Shown here: piece after piece, positions 41,581-55,483 of the stretch
How positions within the stretch are numbered: position 1 is the first letter of the stretch
How the letters are laid out: the number at the start of each line of letters is the position of its first letter
From: Octopus vulgaris
Taxonomy: Eukaryota
Assembly (NCBI GenBank): GCA_951406725.2
Contig: OX597826.1
Location: 17,732,001 to 17,796,000 of the forward strand
DNA: 64,000 nucleotides
Direction of reading: 5' to 3'
Notes under the pieces: generated by a model
Database searches by the model: none
What the model saw: the letters and a program-made list of their open reading frames with translations, nothing else
What the model was told of the DNA's origin: nothing
Translations under genes and position numbers: made by a program

Positions 41581-42434
41581 CAATATATTTATATACCTGT
41601 TGATGATGCCACATAAAAAACACCTGTCTTGTGCCATGTTAAAGGCACTGGTGATGGTGCCATGCAAGAAGCACCCAGCACACTTAGTAGAGTGGTTGGC
41701 ATTAGGAAGGACATCCAGCCATCGAAACCATGCCAGAACAGATAATGGAGCTGCTTTGTGCTGACTCCAGTCTTACCAGCTCCAGTCAAACTGTCCAACC
41801 CATACCAGCATGGAAAATGGACATTAAATGATGATGATGACGAAGATGATAATGATGATGATCTATGAATCTTGAAATACACATACGAATCTGTGTGTAT
41901 GTATCTATGCATATATCAGCATATTGATATCCACTTTTTTTAAGCCTGCATGGGTTGTATGGAGTTCATGACATGTGTGTGTTTGTGTGTGTGTCTCTTT
42001 GTCTTGACATTGTGTGATGGTTGTAAACAAGTTTCACCTCCATACAGGTGGTGTGCTTTTTTTCCAGTCTTCATTACAAACGTGGCTAGTGACAGGGAAA
42101 TATTACTTTGGTTGAAAACGAATGAATTTTGACAACGGAAAAGACATCAGACCATAGAAAATCTGTCAACAAATTCAACCTGATACATGCAAGCATGGAA
42201 ATTTGATCATTTATATGATGATAAATGCATACATACATACATACACACACACAAACACACACACACACACACACACATACACACACACACATACACACAC
42301 ACACACACACGTGTATGTGTATTTCAGGAATTTAAAAATTTCAACAGTTATCTGTATGTATATTGAATATGTATATTTTGGGTATAGTGTTTTTCTTTTT
42401 TTTTGTTATTGGATCAAACTGTTCTGTATTGTAG

Positions 42435-42566
42435 GTCATGAAACAAAAGCGATGCTAAATAACAGAGGACCCAGATACAAGAGAAGCAAACTGGAATGTA
42501 AAATAAACCGGGATATTATTTGGTGTGCCCTGTTGTTGATTTTTCTCTGTGTCTTTTGTGCAGCTG
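42435..42566 (+). CDS. ATP10: P4-ATPase exon (GHETK motif, TM3)
   Basis: ttgtag / gtaagt; [44 protein letters not shown], closely matching the ATP10 subfamily [21 protein letters not shown]. Confidence 0.95.
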
Positions 42567-45500
42567 GTAAGTGTTGCATTATGCAGTTCTACAAAGTCAT
42601 TCTTTAAACCAGCACTGAACAACTCCTGTTTAAAAGTCATTCCAACCATGACTGTTCTATTTTTTTTTATTTTGTTAGGCTTAGTTTATTCCAAACTAGA
42701 TTATCCTTTGTGTCCTTGATTAAGATGTAGAGTGTGGTTCAAGTCTCATTTGACCTGCTATTTCTAGTTGGTTAACCAACGGCATACAAGTATTTTTTGT
42801 TGTCTCGGATCAGTGTTTTTTACGAATTATGATTATTAAAAATTTTGGCTATTATTAAAAATTTGTAATAATGACCCTAAAATCTTTTTTAGGGTCAGTG
42901 GGTGTAGTCAGTTTAATTGTCCCCAGTATTTAACAGGTACTTATTTAAGCTAAGGATTGGATGATAAATCAAATTCCCACGCTATTTGACCTCAAAATGT
43001 AGAAGTTGTAACATAGTTTCTCTGTCTCATTACTGATTCTGTCTTCCACAATAAGGAAATGGTTAAAGATTTTTATCAAATAATATTAATAATAATAACT
43101 GGCAGATCTCATGGAAATTCCACTTTTTCTTTCTTGAAGCATTAACTTATAGATCTCCATTGCATTATTTATTCTGTTAAAGATTTTCATTATGTCTGCT
43201 TTTGTTCCATAGCTAATTAAGCTTCTTAAAAATATAACACTTGAATTTATGTTAAGCTGAATAATAATAATATAAAATAAACACAATATTTTTTGTTATT
43301 CAGGCTTAAAGTCGAGGGCATTTGTGGGGAGAGAATATAGGAACTGATGAATGTAATCGTTTTTGGAACTGATTTTACGAGAACTGAACATGGCACCATT
43401 GAAGTTTCACTAGAAGAAATTAAACAAAAACATAGTCAATGAAAGAAAATAGAATATGAAATAAGAAGTTAATAACATTAATTTAATTAAAAAATTAATA
43501 CAATACAAAATGAAACTAAACATTTATCAATTGAAACTTCAGTAGATTTTTATTGATTAAGGAATATGGTCATGTGGTTAAGAAGTTCACTTCTCAGTCA
43601 TGTGATTGCAGTTCAATCCCACTGCACAGCCCTTTGAGTGTCTTCTGCTGTAGCCCTGAACTGACAAATACCTTTTTGGTGGACAGGAACTGCAGGAAAT
43701 CCATTGTGTGAGAATGCTGATATTCCTCACTTGTCATTGCTTGAGTGAAACAATGATGCTGTTGACTTTGTTGATGTTATGAGTGATTTTCCTCTACTTT
43801 CAAAGATATCTGGAATAAAAAAATATGTTCTTGAAATACTTTACTTGGTGACAGGAAAAGCATCTAGCTGTCAAATCCTTCTTCAAATAATTGCCTAACT
43901 TTATAAATGTGTTTGTTAAACAATTGAAAGATTTATTATCTTTACATAATTATATTAGTTTAATAGGAAGTTGTTTTCACAATGTCTCTTTAATTAATTA
44001 AAAAAAATGTAAAAAGAGAATGAAATATTGATAAAATGATTGTAAGTTGAAGTACAATAATCATTCTCATATTGCAGTATACTAACAACACTGTAGGGTA
44101 GGTTTACAAGTTAATTGAATTGTCATCTAGAATATGATTAGTATTCTGTCAACTTGGAATGGGGCAAAGCTGACTTCTACTGGATTTGAACTCAGAATGC
44201 AAAAGGGCACTGCAAGTAATGTAACTTGGTACACTACAGTTTCTGGCTATGTACTATCACAATTTGAACTATAATAATGGGCTAGCCCCCACATAGCAGG
44301 GGAGAAAGGATATAGTCAGTCACATGTAACAAGATGTAAGACAAAATCAAACTTCCTCAGAATATGAACACAAGAAAGAGACAGGTTAATCTAAATATAA
44401 TTCTTGTTTAACTCCCTGTCACAGCTGACTGACTAGACCTATGACCAAATTCGTTCCATCTATGACCATCCTTTCTTTTTAGAATATATCTATGACTACA
44501 TTTGCAATATATACTTTCATTTCTTGAGAGAAAGAGATAATGGCTGTTATTTATAGCAGATTTAGTGATGATATAAAGGCTTTTTCAGCTTGACCTAAAT
44601 ATAGTAAAGTATTGAGGTGTATTTTTTGCAGCTTTGAATGACCTCATTATGAGTTTAAATTTATGTGTGAGTTTTGTGATAGAAATGTCTTAAATAGATA
44701 TTTCCTATTTTGTGTAGAGTCGTTGCATTTCATGACAATATACGTTTTTCTGTCATCTCATTGCAGCTTTGATCATCCCAATTTTTCTTTCATATCACGA
44801 ACTGTAATATGATAAGTACCCTTCTTTTAAGATAGCAGGATGTAGTTTGAAAGAGATTTGGTTGTTCAGTCAACTAGAAGTTTAACTGAAATTATTCATT
44901 GGCTCATATTTGAAGATTATTGTCATAATAATTTATTACATGTTGGAGTAAGGTGCAAGCATTAGAGTATAGCTAGTTGAATTTCTCCACAATATCCCTA
45001 AGAAGAAAAGCAAAGTGATCTGGACTCAGACAATTAAGACTAAATATTGTGAGACAATTAAAACTAAATATTGTGAGTGAATTAGTCATCCTTAATCTAG
45101 GCTTAATGAAAATCTCTTAAAAGAATATTTAAATACCAAGTTTACTTTAGGGTTCATTAATCTGTGTTATTAAGAAATCAATTGTAAGGTGCATGGGTTT
45201 TGTCACTGGACTAATTGAAATTACCTAACTGAATACTTGTATTGTCACTTTATCTTATCATTCAGTGTTCATTTTCTCTCTCTCTCTCTCTCTCTCTCTC
45301 CCAAACTCACTTATGTACCTGTCTCGCCATTAAAATATTTAAAGCTTCTTCTTTTCACTCTCTGTGTGAGAGCATGTATGTAACAGGGAAAAGAGGTAAA
45401 TTTTGCAAGATTTGTGTGTCAGATTTTGATAGAAGTAGATTTGAAACTGAAGACATGACTGGTTAAGGGCTCATGCTCAGCCAAGTAATAGTCCAGTCAA

Positions 45501-47049
45501 CACTTAAGTGAAGCAAATAGTTTAATAAATCGTTCCCTAAATAGCTAGTACTACCTCTTTAGTATCTTTGAACTTTGGTGGTACAGGTACAACATCAATT
45601 TTCTGAGACCTTTAGTTCCAAAACCTTTCTAGATTCCTGATTTTCCAAACCAGGGTTGATCATTTCTAAATTAAGCAAATATTAGATTTACTTCAATAAT
45701 TACATGAAATATATTAGTATGAATGATAGTTTATTTATACTGTGCTGTGCAAAGTACCAGTAAACTTGTCTGGTGACCATGAGAGTTTAAAGTTCCTGTT
45801 TGTAAATTAGTAGCGATTATAAGTGGTGCCAGGCCATCAGTGTTTGAAAAGTTGGTATTGTACATGTAAACATAATCCACTGCCTAACACCACCACCTGG
45901 CTTGGCCAAGTGCCTGATCTGAGGACAACTTCCTCCCGTCAATCATGGAGGCCCTGGAAAATGTCATCAGTGTTATTCTTCCTCTTTTGACCAAGTCATA
46001 AAAACAAAATAAAAAAAAATTAATTTCCTGTGCATTTCATTCACCAATACAACCAATTTCTGTTTACATAGCAGAAATTTCTTGTTCTACACAAATCCAA
46101 ATATTTAATGGGTGAAGTTTAGTTGACCCAATCAACCCAAGTATACCACTAGTATTATTTTATTGACTCTAGAAGTAATAAATGAAGTTACCTTGAACAG
46201 AACTTGAAAGTAGGTTGTACAAGTATAAAACTAAACAATCAAATACATTTAGTTTGATCATATGTGATTTCTGCCAATTTAACAAACATTGTCTTAATTC
46301 AATAATAATGAGGTTTATTAAAAAAGTCCAAGCTTTGTAAGGAGTTATATAACTGCTTAAATCTACCTATGTCAATAGTCTTGCCAAAAAGAACCACCGA
46401 AGAAAGTATTAAAGTTTGATCTACTAGCAAGAATTTATTGGCGTTTGAATGTAATTGTGCAAGTTTACAAACTCCCTGTTCGTTAATGATCTGGATTTAC
46501 TAAGTGTATGATCCAGCAAGTGTTTAGGATCTTGGTTATGGACATTACATAGTGACAGTGGTAGAAAACTATCAGTTGATGCTCCTGGTATTTAATGTGT
46601 CAACCATGTAGGAGTGTAATAAAATGTTGGACTTCATAAAATTTAAAGCCAGAGGGATAGGGAACTAGCTAGAGTAAAGCTCCGAGTCTGATGTTACAAA
46701 TTACATTAGCAATATCAGAAAAGGGAAATGATTAAAACTAAGCTTTAAAAGTTAGGAGTATTGGCTATTATTAGCGATGACACACTGTTAAATATTGGGT
46801 TTCAAGATTCATTTGTATCATATAATGAAGCCAGTGTCTGCTGACTACCTTCAAATAGTCTTGTAATGGCAATTAGGTCGTATTAGGAAAATAAAAATAC
46901 TTGTTTCTTCAAAATATTAAATAATCATTATTAATAAGTGACATCCAAATTAGCTAACACTAAACAATGAGAACAAATCCCATAATAACCCTCATTACTT
47001 GCAAAATGTTGCCCTTAAAATTATTCTTTTGCATGGGTTTTTGTTCCAG

Positions 47050-47180
47050 CTTCTGTGATTTGGTTGAATAAATATGACAACCCTGAACTTATACCATTTG
47101 TACCATATGGAGACAGCGCGCAATATAACTTGGGCCTCAGAGCTTTAATTGAGTTTTCCAAATACATTATTATTTTCCAG
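47050..47180 (+). CDS. ATP10: P4-ATPase exon (TM3-TM4 exoplasmic loop)
   Basis: ttccag / gtaatg; (A)SVIWLNKYDNPELIPFVPYGDSAQYNLGLRALIEFSKYIIIFQ; phase 1 to phase 0. Confidence 0.9.
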
Positions 47181-48984
47181 GTAATGTCTTTTAATTATTG
47201 TTCCAAATTTAACAATTTTCTGCATATCTTTTTCAGTAATCAAACACTTTGTGTAACCAAACACCCTTTGTGTGTGTGTGTGTGTGTGTGAGCGAGAGAG
47301 AGAGAGAGAGAGATGAGCGGACATAAATACCCTTTCACCATCCCCACTTCGGCCCTGCAGCACATCCAGTATGTGACAGCTGGAGGGAGAAAGAGCTGCA
47401 CCATCATCTGGCCAACAGAAAGCTGAGTTAACTCAAGCAATGTGATATGAAAGGCCTTGCTCAAGGACACAACATGTTAAACAGTCTAAGAATTGAGCCC
47501 ACAACCTCATAAGCCAAACATTTTCACATCTTGAGACAGTTAATTTATCTAAATATATATATATATATATATACAGTTTAAAGACATGAGAGAAATGATT
47601 ATGTATGAAGCTTAATTAACTCCAACCAGCTACACTCACTCCCCAGCCAGACTACTGACAAATTTATCAATTAAATCAATCATGATGTAAGTTGCGTTAC
47701 TCATGTCTTTTATAAACATTACCCGAGCCTGGAGACACCCTCAATTGAGCTAGCCCTTTTAAGTGACATATAATGAAAAAGGGAAGAAATTTTCATTGGA
47801 GAGGAAAATACTGGTCCTTTCAACTGCCACCATAAACGCTTATTTAATTATTGTAGCCAAAAAGCAAACTGAAATACTCACACTCCCTGCAAAAAAAGAA
47901 GTCATGGGACTATAATCTGTATTGTAACAGATGGCTAAAACATCCAACCCATACTACATATTATTGATGAGAAGTGATAATATAAGACAAGCCAGTGAAA
48001 CTATTCAGTTAGAAGTGGAGTGAAGTAAATAAAACTGTTTTTAAACTTGGCATTTCTTTGTAGCCATCACAGTTGATAATGAAATACAGTTTAAAGGTCT
48101 ACACCATAAAAACAACAACAGAGAGCAACAACAAGCTCACTGTGTTCATAGTTCAGCTTCTATATGATCTGATGTATATATTAAAAAAAAAAGCTACTAT
48201 CTGCAGATTAGCAGGTTATATGTCAACCTTTTTCAAATCTCTTCACACACCCCAAGTGTTTTTATAATTCTCGCTATTACTCATCTTTACCTAATAAACT
48301 AGGCCACCAAACCACCACCACCACCACCACCAATATTACCATGACTATTTTGCTGCTACTTCTAGCAAGTCAAAAGATCCTATAGATATAACCTCATTGG
48401 TGATTTCTCCTCATGATTTCATTTATAAAACAATGAACAAATTCTGGGGCCCCATGAAATACTTTCAAACAACACACACACATTGACTCTTCACTAGTTT
48501 ATTCTTCGCTCAGAATACACACATACAAATGAATCCTCACAAACACAAACACATATACATCTGCATATACATCGCATGCACCATGAAAACAACATACACA
48601 GATGCTTGGCAACACTCCTAGCAACTTTCGACACAGAAAATTCAAACCAGTTTCAATAAAACTCATTGCAAACACAGCAGAAGTGCAACGAACTTGTTTT
48701 GAGAAATGAATTTTAAAAAAAACCAAGAAATCAGTGAATGTATTATTTTTGACTGTACTTTAATATACCACAGAATTGCTTCCTTATTTTAACTGTTTCA
48801 ATAAACAAAATTAGAGAAATCTATACAAATAAATAAGGTGGAATTTCACGTTAGCGAAAAACAACAGGACGCTACAAAAGTAAGTTTGATTTATTCTATC
48901 ACATGTGGACAAGAGATGACTAATAGCTGAGTGAAGTTGGTGTACGTGTGAGTCAGAAAGATTTATTACTAGCTTTTGCATTAA

Positions 48985-50300
48985 AACCATTTGGGCATAT
49001 AACTAACCAGGTGATATATGAAGGGGTCATACCCAATGACTGGTGTAACAGCACCCTAGTCAACTGCTACAAAAGTAAAGGTGAAGCCACAGATAGACAG
49101 GGGTATCACATTGTTGGATCAGGTGATGAAAGTCACTGAGAGTGTCATAGACCAACTAATTAGGGAGAGAATTTAGATGAGATGCAGTTTGTATTTGTGC
49201 CAAGGAGAAGCACCACTGATGCTGTATTTCTTGTAAGACAGCTGCAGGAGAAATACCTAGCCAAAGATAAACCTCTGTACTTGGCTTTTGTTGATTTGGA
49301 AGAAAACCTTTGACAGGGTACCCCGATCTCTTATTTGGTGGTCATTGCGGAAACTAAGGATAGATGAGTGGTTGGTGAGAGATGTGCAAGCCATGCACAT
49401 GGATGCTACCAGTAAGGTGAAGGTTGGCAATTAGTACAGTGAAGAATTCAGGGTACAAGTAGGGGTTCACCAAGGATCAGTTTCAGATGTGGAACCAAGG
49501 TCTAGAATCAAAGAGCCTTAGAGTTAACCTAGCAAAAACCAAAGTCTTAGTAAGTAGGAAGGTGGACAAATCACAAATCTCTTCAGGTAGATAGCCCTGC
49601 TCAATCTGTAGAAAAGGCATAGGTAGAAACTCCATAAGATGTACCCAGAGAAGATAGTTTTTGTGTGTGGAAGGTGCACAGGTATAATAAACACCAAAAA
49701 TGTACAGAAAATAGATTCCATCACATACCAGGGAATAAAATCTGGAAGTAGTCTATAACTTCCATTATTTAGGTGACCAAGTCAGTAGAGGGGGTGGATG
49801 CTCTGAGAGCATAGCTGCTAGAATAAGAATAGCCTGGGCAAAGTTCAGAGAGCTCCTACCTCTACTGGTAACAAAGGGCCTTTCGCTCTGAGTGAAAGGC
49901 AGTGTATGATGCCTGTGTGCGAACAGCCATGCCACATGGCAGTGAAACATGAGCTGTGACTGCCGAGGACATACGTAGGCTTGTAAGAAATGAGACTAGT
50001 ATACTCCACTGGATATGTAATGTCAGTGTGCATACACAATAGAGTATAAGCATCATGAGAGAAAAGTTGGACATAAGAAGCATCAAATGTGGTGTGGAAG
50101 AGAGACGACTGTGCTGCTATGGTAACATGATGCATATGGATGAGGACAGCTGTGTGAAGGAGGGCACCTGTGGAAGAGGTAGACCCCCAGGAAGACATGA
50201 GATGAGGTGGTGAAGCATGATCTTCAAATGTTGGGCCTCCCAGAGGCAATGACAAACAACCAAGACCTTTGGAGATATGCTGTGCTTAGAAGACCCATCA
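48985..50300 (+). mobile_element. Decayed RTE-type LINE RT / 3' region
   Basis: IPNDW..LVNCYKSKG, STTDAVFLVRQLQEKYL..LYLAFVDLE, GVHQGS, YLGDQ..RIRIAWAKFRELLPLL; many stops. Minus-strand 3' relics at ~12180-12300, 15880-16095 and 57380-57700. Confidence 0.88.
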
Positions 50301-51288
50301 AGCCAAATGAGGTCGTAGTCTTGGCTGATGCCAGTGTCACATGACTGGCCCATTAAAAGCACCCTTCAATCATTGGGCAATATACTGTGCTTGTAAAGAC
50401 CTGTCGAGTGAAATTGCAGTTGAGGCAGATGCTGGTGTTGTATGACTGGCATCTATGCTGGTGGTATGTAAAAAGCACCATTTGAGCATTAGGCTTCAAG
50501 GAGGCACTAATGGCAAGCCAAATGAGATCATAGTTGTGGTTGATGCCAGTGTCACATAACTGGACTGTTGAAAGCAACCTTCAATCATTGGGCAATATGC
50601 TGTGCTTTTGAAGACCTGTCGACCCGAAGAAAAATTGTAGTCGTGGCCAACGCCAGTGCCATCTTACTGGCACCCATGCCAGTGGCATGTAACAAGCATA
50701 GTTTGAGCATTGGGCCTCATGGAGGCAGTGACAGGTGACCAAAACCTTTGGTAATATACTGTGCATGTGTAGACCTGTTAAGCCAAGTGAGACCCTAGTC
50801 ATAGTTGATGCTGCCGTCAGGTCATTTTTTATGGGCCCACTACACTCTCAGAGTGGTTGGCATTAGGAAGGGCATCTAACTGTAGAAATCTTGCCAGATC
50901 AGATCAGAACCTGATGCAGATCCTTGGCTTACCAGTTTTCAGTCAAACCTTCCAATCCACATCATCATGGAAAGCGGACATCAAGTGATGATGTTGATAT
51001 AAGTTACACAAAGGCCTTTCGTGCTGATTTTTGTGAAAGAGGATAATGGTTAGCTCTTCTCGCTTGAGATTGCTGTTGGCCACATGTCGTGTTTGTTGGA
51101 AGAAATAAACATTGACATTTCTCAATTTAGCTGCAGGTGGTGAGATATGTTAACAGGTTGCCAGTTGGTCACTAACTCTCTAAAGACAAAACTTTGTTCT
51201 CGGTTAAACTGAGAACTGGTTTATTGACATTGCTGCACCTTAACTCTGATTGACTGGCAGCTGTAGCACTACTGTGCTACTACACCGT

Positions 51289-51418
51289 ATTGCACTGGCT
51301 TATCTGACTCACTACACACCATCCAAAACATTCCTCTTCAGTTCTGCAGCCCAATTGCACTGGCTTATCTGACTCACTACACACCATCCAAAACATTCCT
51401 CTTCAGTTCTGCAGCCCA
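51289..51418. repeat. Perfect 65-bp tandem duplication
   Basis: attgcactggcttatctgactcactacacaccatccaaaacattcctcttcagttctgcagccca x2. Confidence 0.92.
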
Positions 51419-51652
51419 CTAAAATTTCCTCCCAATACACATTTTCCTTATGGACCTGGATATATTATAATTCCAACTGAACACCAGGTAAATCAATCTC
51501 AACAGTCTGCAAAAGCACCTAAAGACCATGAGCACTTCTCTTCCCTGCATAAATATTAAGTTCTGCTATGTGACTCTCAGTGTATGTATCTTTGTTGACT
51601 ATCACATAAAGGTGTATCTATATATTTATATATATATATATATATATACATA

Positions 51653-52860
51653 CATGCTGAGTGCAATGGGTAAATTGTTGCCATTTTATATTTTTCATTT
51701 CATGCATGCGCATTGTTTGTTTTTGATTTTGTTGACTACACAGTATGGTAGGGTCAGTTGGGCACCATCTGTGAGAAAAACAGCACCAAGATGCAATTCA
51801 CTCTGCCAGAAATTTGGAAACGACATGCTGTCCTGCTTGGCATTTGCACTGGTAACTCCAATACGAACATTTCAGAGTTTTTGGGTGTCAATCTGAGGAC
51901 AGTGCAGAGGATTCAGAAAGAGTTGGATGAGTCTAATGATGATTACGAAGTATGGCAGCTTGGAAAACTTACTCTGATCATTCTGATTAGAAAAGAACTC
52001 CTGAATTTGTTGGTGAGATCCAGGCCAGGATTGATAACAATCCCTCCAAGTCAATCGGGTCCATTGCCAGGAACATAGAAGTGTCTGAGTTTCTTATCAG
52101 GCATGTAGTGCATGAAGACATGAGGTATTCCTCATACAAGAAAAGAATGGCAAATTTATATCCTAAGCCATCAAGGACAAGAGGAAAGACTGTGCTACGA
52201 AGCTTTTGAACAAACTCAAGCATCCCTTCCAACTGAACATGCTTTGGTTTTTCTCAGACGAGAAAAATTTCTGCCAGTTGGCTTGCTGTGTCCCTAAAAT
52301 ATGTACCAAGAGTGATAAAAATCAAACATCCAGCCAACAGCATGATGTTTGGAGCAATCACTTAGTGATGATAATGTGCCTCCATTCATCTTCCCACACA
52401 GCCTCACACTCAACACGGAGGCCTATGTCAAGTGCCTGGAGGAGGTAGTGCTGCCCTGGGTCAAGAGGGTGGCTGCTGAAAGACCCTATGTCTGGCAACA
52501 GGACTCGGCACCATGCCAAGCAGGGGACCCCAGTCATGGCTATCAGACAATTTCTGCAACCACATTACCTGGCCACCTAACTCCCCAGACTGTAACTCCC
52601 TTAATTATTATGCGTGGGGCACAGTTGAACAAGAGACCAACAAAACTCCTTGTAACACCAAAGATAAACAAAAGGCAAGGACTATGACAGCATTCACCAA
52701 CTTAAACAAGGAGACTGTCCAGAAGAGTTGCAGGAGATTCTGAAGTCATCTGGAGGCCATAATTGAAGCCAATGGCGATTTTATTGAATAAATTTACTGT
52801 TTAGTATTTCAAGATATTTTGATGCAATTTTGGTAAATATATCTTTTAAAATGAGATGTC
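51653..52860 (+). mobile_element. Decayed Tc1/mariner transposon (maT/DD37D-like)
   Basis: HTH-like ISEFLGVNLRTVQRI; WFFSDEKNF; YVWQQDSAPC; WPPNSPDCNSLNYYAWG; several frameshifts. Confidence 0.85.
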
Positions 52861-53082
52861 AGGTACAGGTTTTAATTAAAGCACTCCTTGAATTTACCTG
52901 AGATTTTAACTAAAATCCTGTACCTTCATAGAAGTACCAATCAACATCCATATCCTCCAGATAAAAGATGAGTCGTAAACATTATTCTCCTGCCTGTATT
53001 CTTCCAACTACTTTTACTCTTTATTATTGTATTTTACTCCTTAGAAACTGTAAATTTTCCCCGTCTAAAATATTCATACCTT

Positions 53083-53158
53083 GTCTCTGATGATGGAATA
53101 CCCAGTGCATGGATATGCTAACCTGCTACTTGGGTTATCCCATAAATGGCTGTAAGAC
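53083..53158 (+). ncRNA. Degenerate hammerhead ribozyme motif (G12 replaced by T)
   Basis: gtct-CTGATGA-tggaatacccag...ttgggttatccca-TAAA-tggctg-T-A-agac; stems I and II pair, GAAA box mutated. Confidence 0.55.
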
Positions 53159-53554
53159 TTCAAATTTACCTTACCCTAATTAAATTATTTTAAATGACTT
53201 GGGACACTCATTCTGCCTTGGTTTTGATTTTTCCTCTAAAGTAATATATATATATATATATATATATATATCTATATATATATATATATATATCTGTGCA
53301 CTCTAGTATAATATGCTACTGTGTATATAATTCCTCTCTAGTCTTTTACACAACTATCATTGTATGTTATGTATCTTTTTAAGCTTTTATGCAGCTACTC
53401 TTTGTATGTACAATATATTCCTTTGCAGTCTGTTATACAGCTGCCAGTGATTATATATCTTTCTTGGTAGTCTGTCACACCACTGTCAACTACTCACTGT
53501 GCATTCCTTTGTAACTAGCTCTATCAATGTCTTTGTATGTCTCTTCTTTTCCAG

Positions 53555-53804
53555 GCTGTTATACCACTTCCACTTTATGTGTCAATAGAGATTGTGAAGC
53601 TGGGTCATGTGTTCTTCATCAATCAGGACTTGAATTTGTACCATGAAGGAACAGGAAAACCATTTGAATGCCGAGCACTGAATATTGCTGAGGATTTGGG
53701 ACAAGTAGACTACATATTTTCTGATAAGACTGGAACTCTGACCGAGAATAAAATGGTATTTATGTGTTGCTCAATCAGAGGAACTGATTTCCCCCACAAA
53801 CCCA
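53555..53804 (+). CDS. ATP10: P4-ATPase exon (TM4 and phosphorylation site)
   Basis: ttccag / gtaagt; [17 protein letters not shown]...[31 protein letters not shown]; invariant P-type ATPase DKTGTLT. Confidence 0.97.
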
Positions 53805-53934
53805 GTAAGTAAACTATTTTGCATGAAGGTTTTGTGATAAGGTTGCTTTACAATTTAAGGGTGAATTCCTGTTATAAGTGGCTCCTTAAATGAGATTGGT
53901 ACTAAATAAAATATTTTTGTTTTCACTTTCTCAG

Positions 53935-54002
53935 TTGAAGAAAACCTGGATATTGTAGAGAATGCTAGACAATCTTTTTCAAATATGAGTCGCACCAGCT
54001 CA
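53935..54002 (+). CDS. ATP10: P4-ATPase small exon (variable insert)
   Basis: ttctcag / gtaagt; (I)EENLDIVENARQSFSNMSRTSS; 68 nt, exactly bridges the phase-1 donor at 53804 to the phase-0 acceptor at 55307. Confidence 0.85.
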
Positions 54003-54194
54003 GTAAGTATTTATCGATTCATATATATTGCAAACTGAAAAATAGCATCATTGGTCCAGGTTTCCTATGGACCAATATTATACTGAAGTGTAATATAGTT
54101 GAATAAATCTCTACCTTTCAACAATTGCCTTTGCTGAATTTGAAAAATCATTATATTATATAGTTTTTAACTTTTTGTTGCTTTTTGGATTATT

Positions 54195-55210
54195 ATTACC
54201 TCTGTCTTAGCGAAGGCAGGGGTATTGTTTTCAGTTGTGTTTGTTTGTTTGTCCATGGACAAAATATCTCAAGAGCCGCTGGATGGATTCAGATGAAACT
54301 TTCAGGGTTGTTTGGCCTCATGACTGGCACAAACTGATTAGATTTTGGGATCAATTCTGGACAAGGATTCTGGGTTATTTGTTATATTTACTTTACATGA
54401 AGTATTACAATCTTATGTTCACTTTCAAGTCTTTCTCTGATTATCTCCCTTGAAAGCACACTCTTGATTTCCACATAAGCTATAGTAGCATTGCTGTTAA
54501 CTCGCGTCTCTATCTCAGTAGAAACTGATGGATAAAGAAATCAAACTGCAAAAACAAACGGCAGTGAAACTGTCCAGAAATTAAATAACACTAACATATT
54601 CAGTAATAATAATAAATTTAATTTATCCTCAACAATTTTTAGCTTTACCAATTTTGAATATATCGCTCCTGTTTAAAACCTCTTACCTCCTTGACAATTG
54701 CATTTCTAGCTCTGCCTTGAAGGAAGCTTTACCTCTTGGACTCACATTTTTGTGTGCAATGATGTTGTTAAACCTCTCTTAACAGCACTGTATGCAGGTC
54801 CTTTCTATTTTCTTTCATGCACAGAAACATTTTTCACTATAGACCTTAATGGTCATAAAGACACTATATCAGTGGATAGATGAGAAAAGGCCTTCATAGA
54901 GAAAGCTGCCCCTGTTCCCACTGCAGATGACACACACACACACACAGCATTACAAACATGGCCTGCACACCCACCTTTACATTCCATGACTACTATTGGG
55001 ATCGATCAAGTACCGGCCAAGGATTCTGGACTATTTTTCCAGTTTTTTCACTTAATTTTTCAGAGTGGTCAGGTTCATTTTTAGTATTCTCACTTGTGAG
55101 AGCAGTCGAGTTTATTTCAGATATTCTCATTTTAAAAATCATCTCTGGCTAATCGTTGAGAGGACGTTGGTGTTGCCTTGGTGGAGGTTTGCGCTCTCTG
55201 AGTGCTCTTG
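54195..55210 (+). mobile_element. Helentron-associated (HINE/DINE-like) non-autonomous element
   Basis: 5' attacctctgtc..ggcaggggta sub-terminal palindrome plus (GTTT)n; 3' ggtggaggt, a gcgctctctgagtgc hairpin and a T-rich end. Confidence 0.65.
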
Positions 55211-55306
55211 TTGTTATTTTCTTTTTTTTATATAGTTTTTGATTTTATTGAATAAATCCGATCTCTTCCATTTTAATTTGTCTGATTTATTTTGAATTCT
55301 TGGCAG

Positions 55307-55483
55307 GTCCTCACAGAAAGTGGTCTTGAACACCAACTGCTACATATGCTGGCTTCTCAACATAGCAGCAGCTTTGGTACCCAGCGAGACATCCCTGCAG
55401 ACATACAATGTGTACATGAGTTCTTCTTACTGCTAGCCATCTGCAATACTGTTGTTGTCTCAAACCACCCTCATGAAGATAAG
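55307..55483 (+). CDS. ATP10: P4-ATPase exon (N domain start)
   Basis: tggcag / gtaaat; VLTESGLEHQ...VHEFFLLLAICNTVVVSNHPHEDK (FFxxLAICNTVVVS is ATP10-typical). Confidence 0.93.

Noticed and set aside
46400-46900. Possible very old PLE ORF remnant
   Set aside because: Only vague Cys/His motifs with many stops; not supportable.
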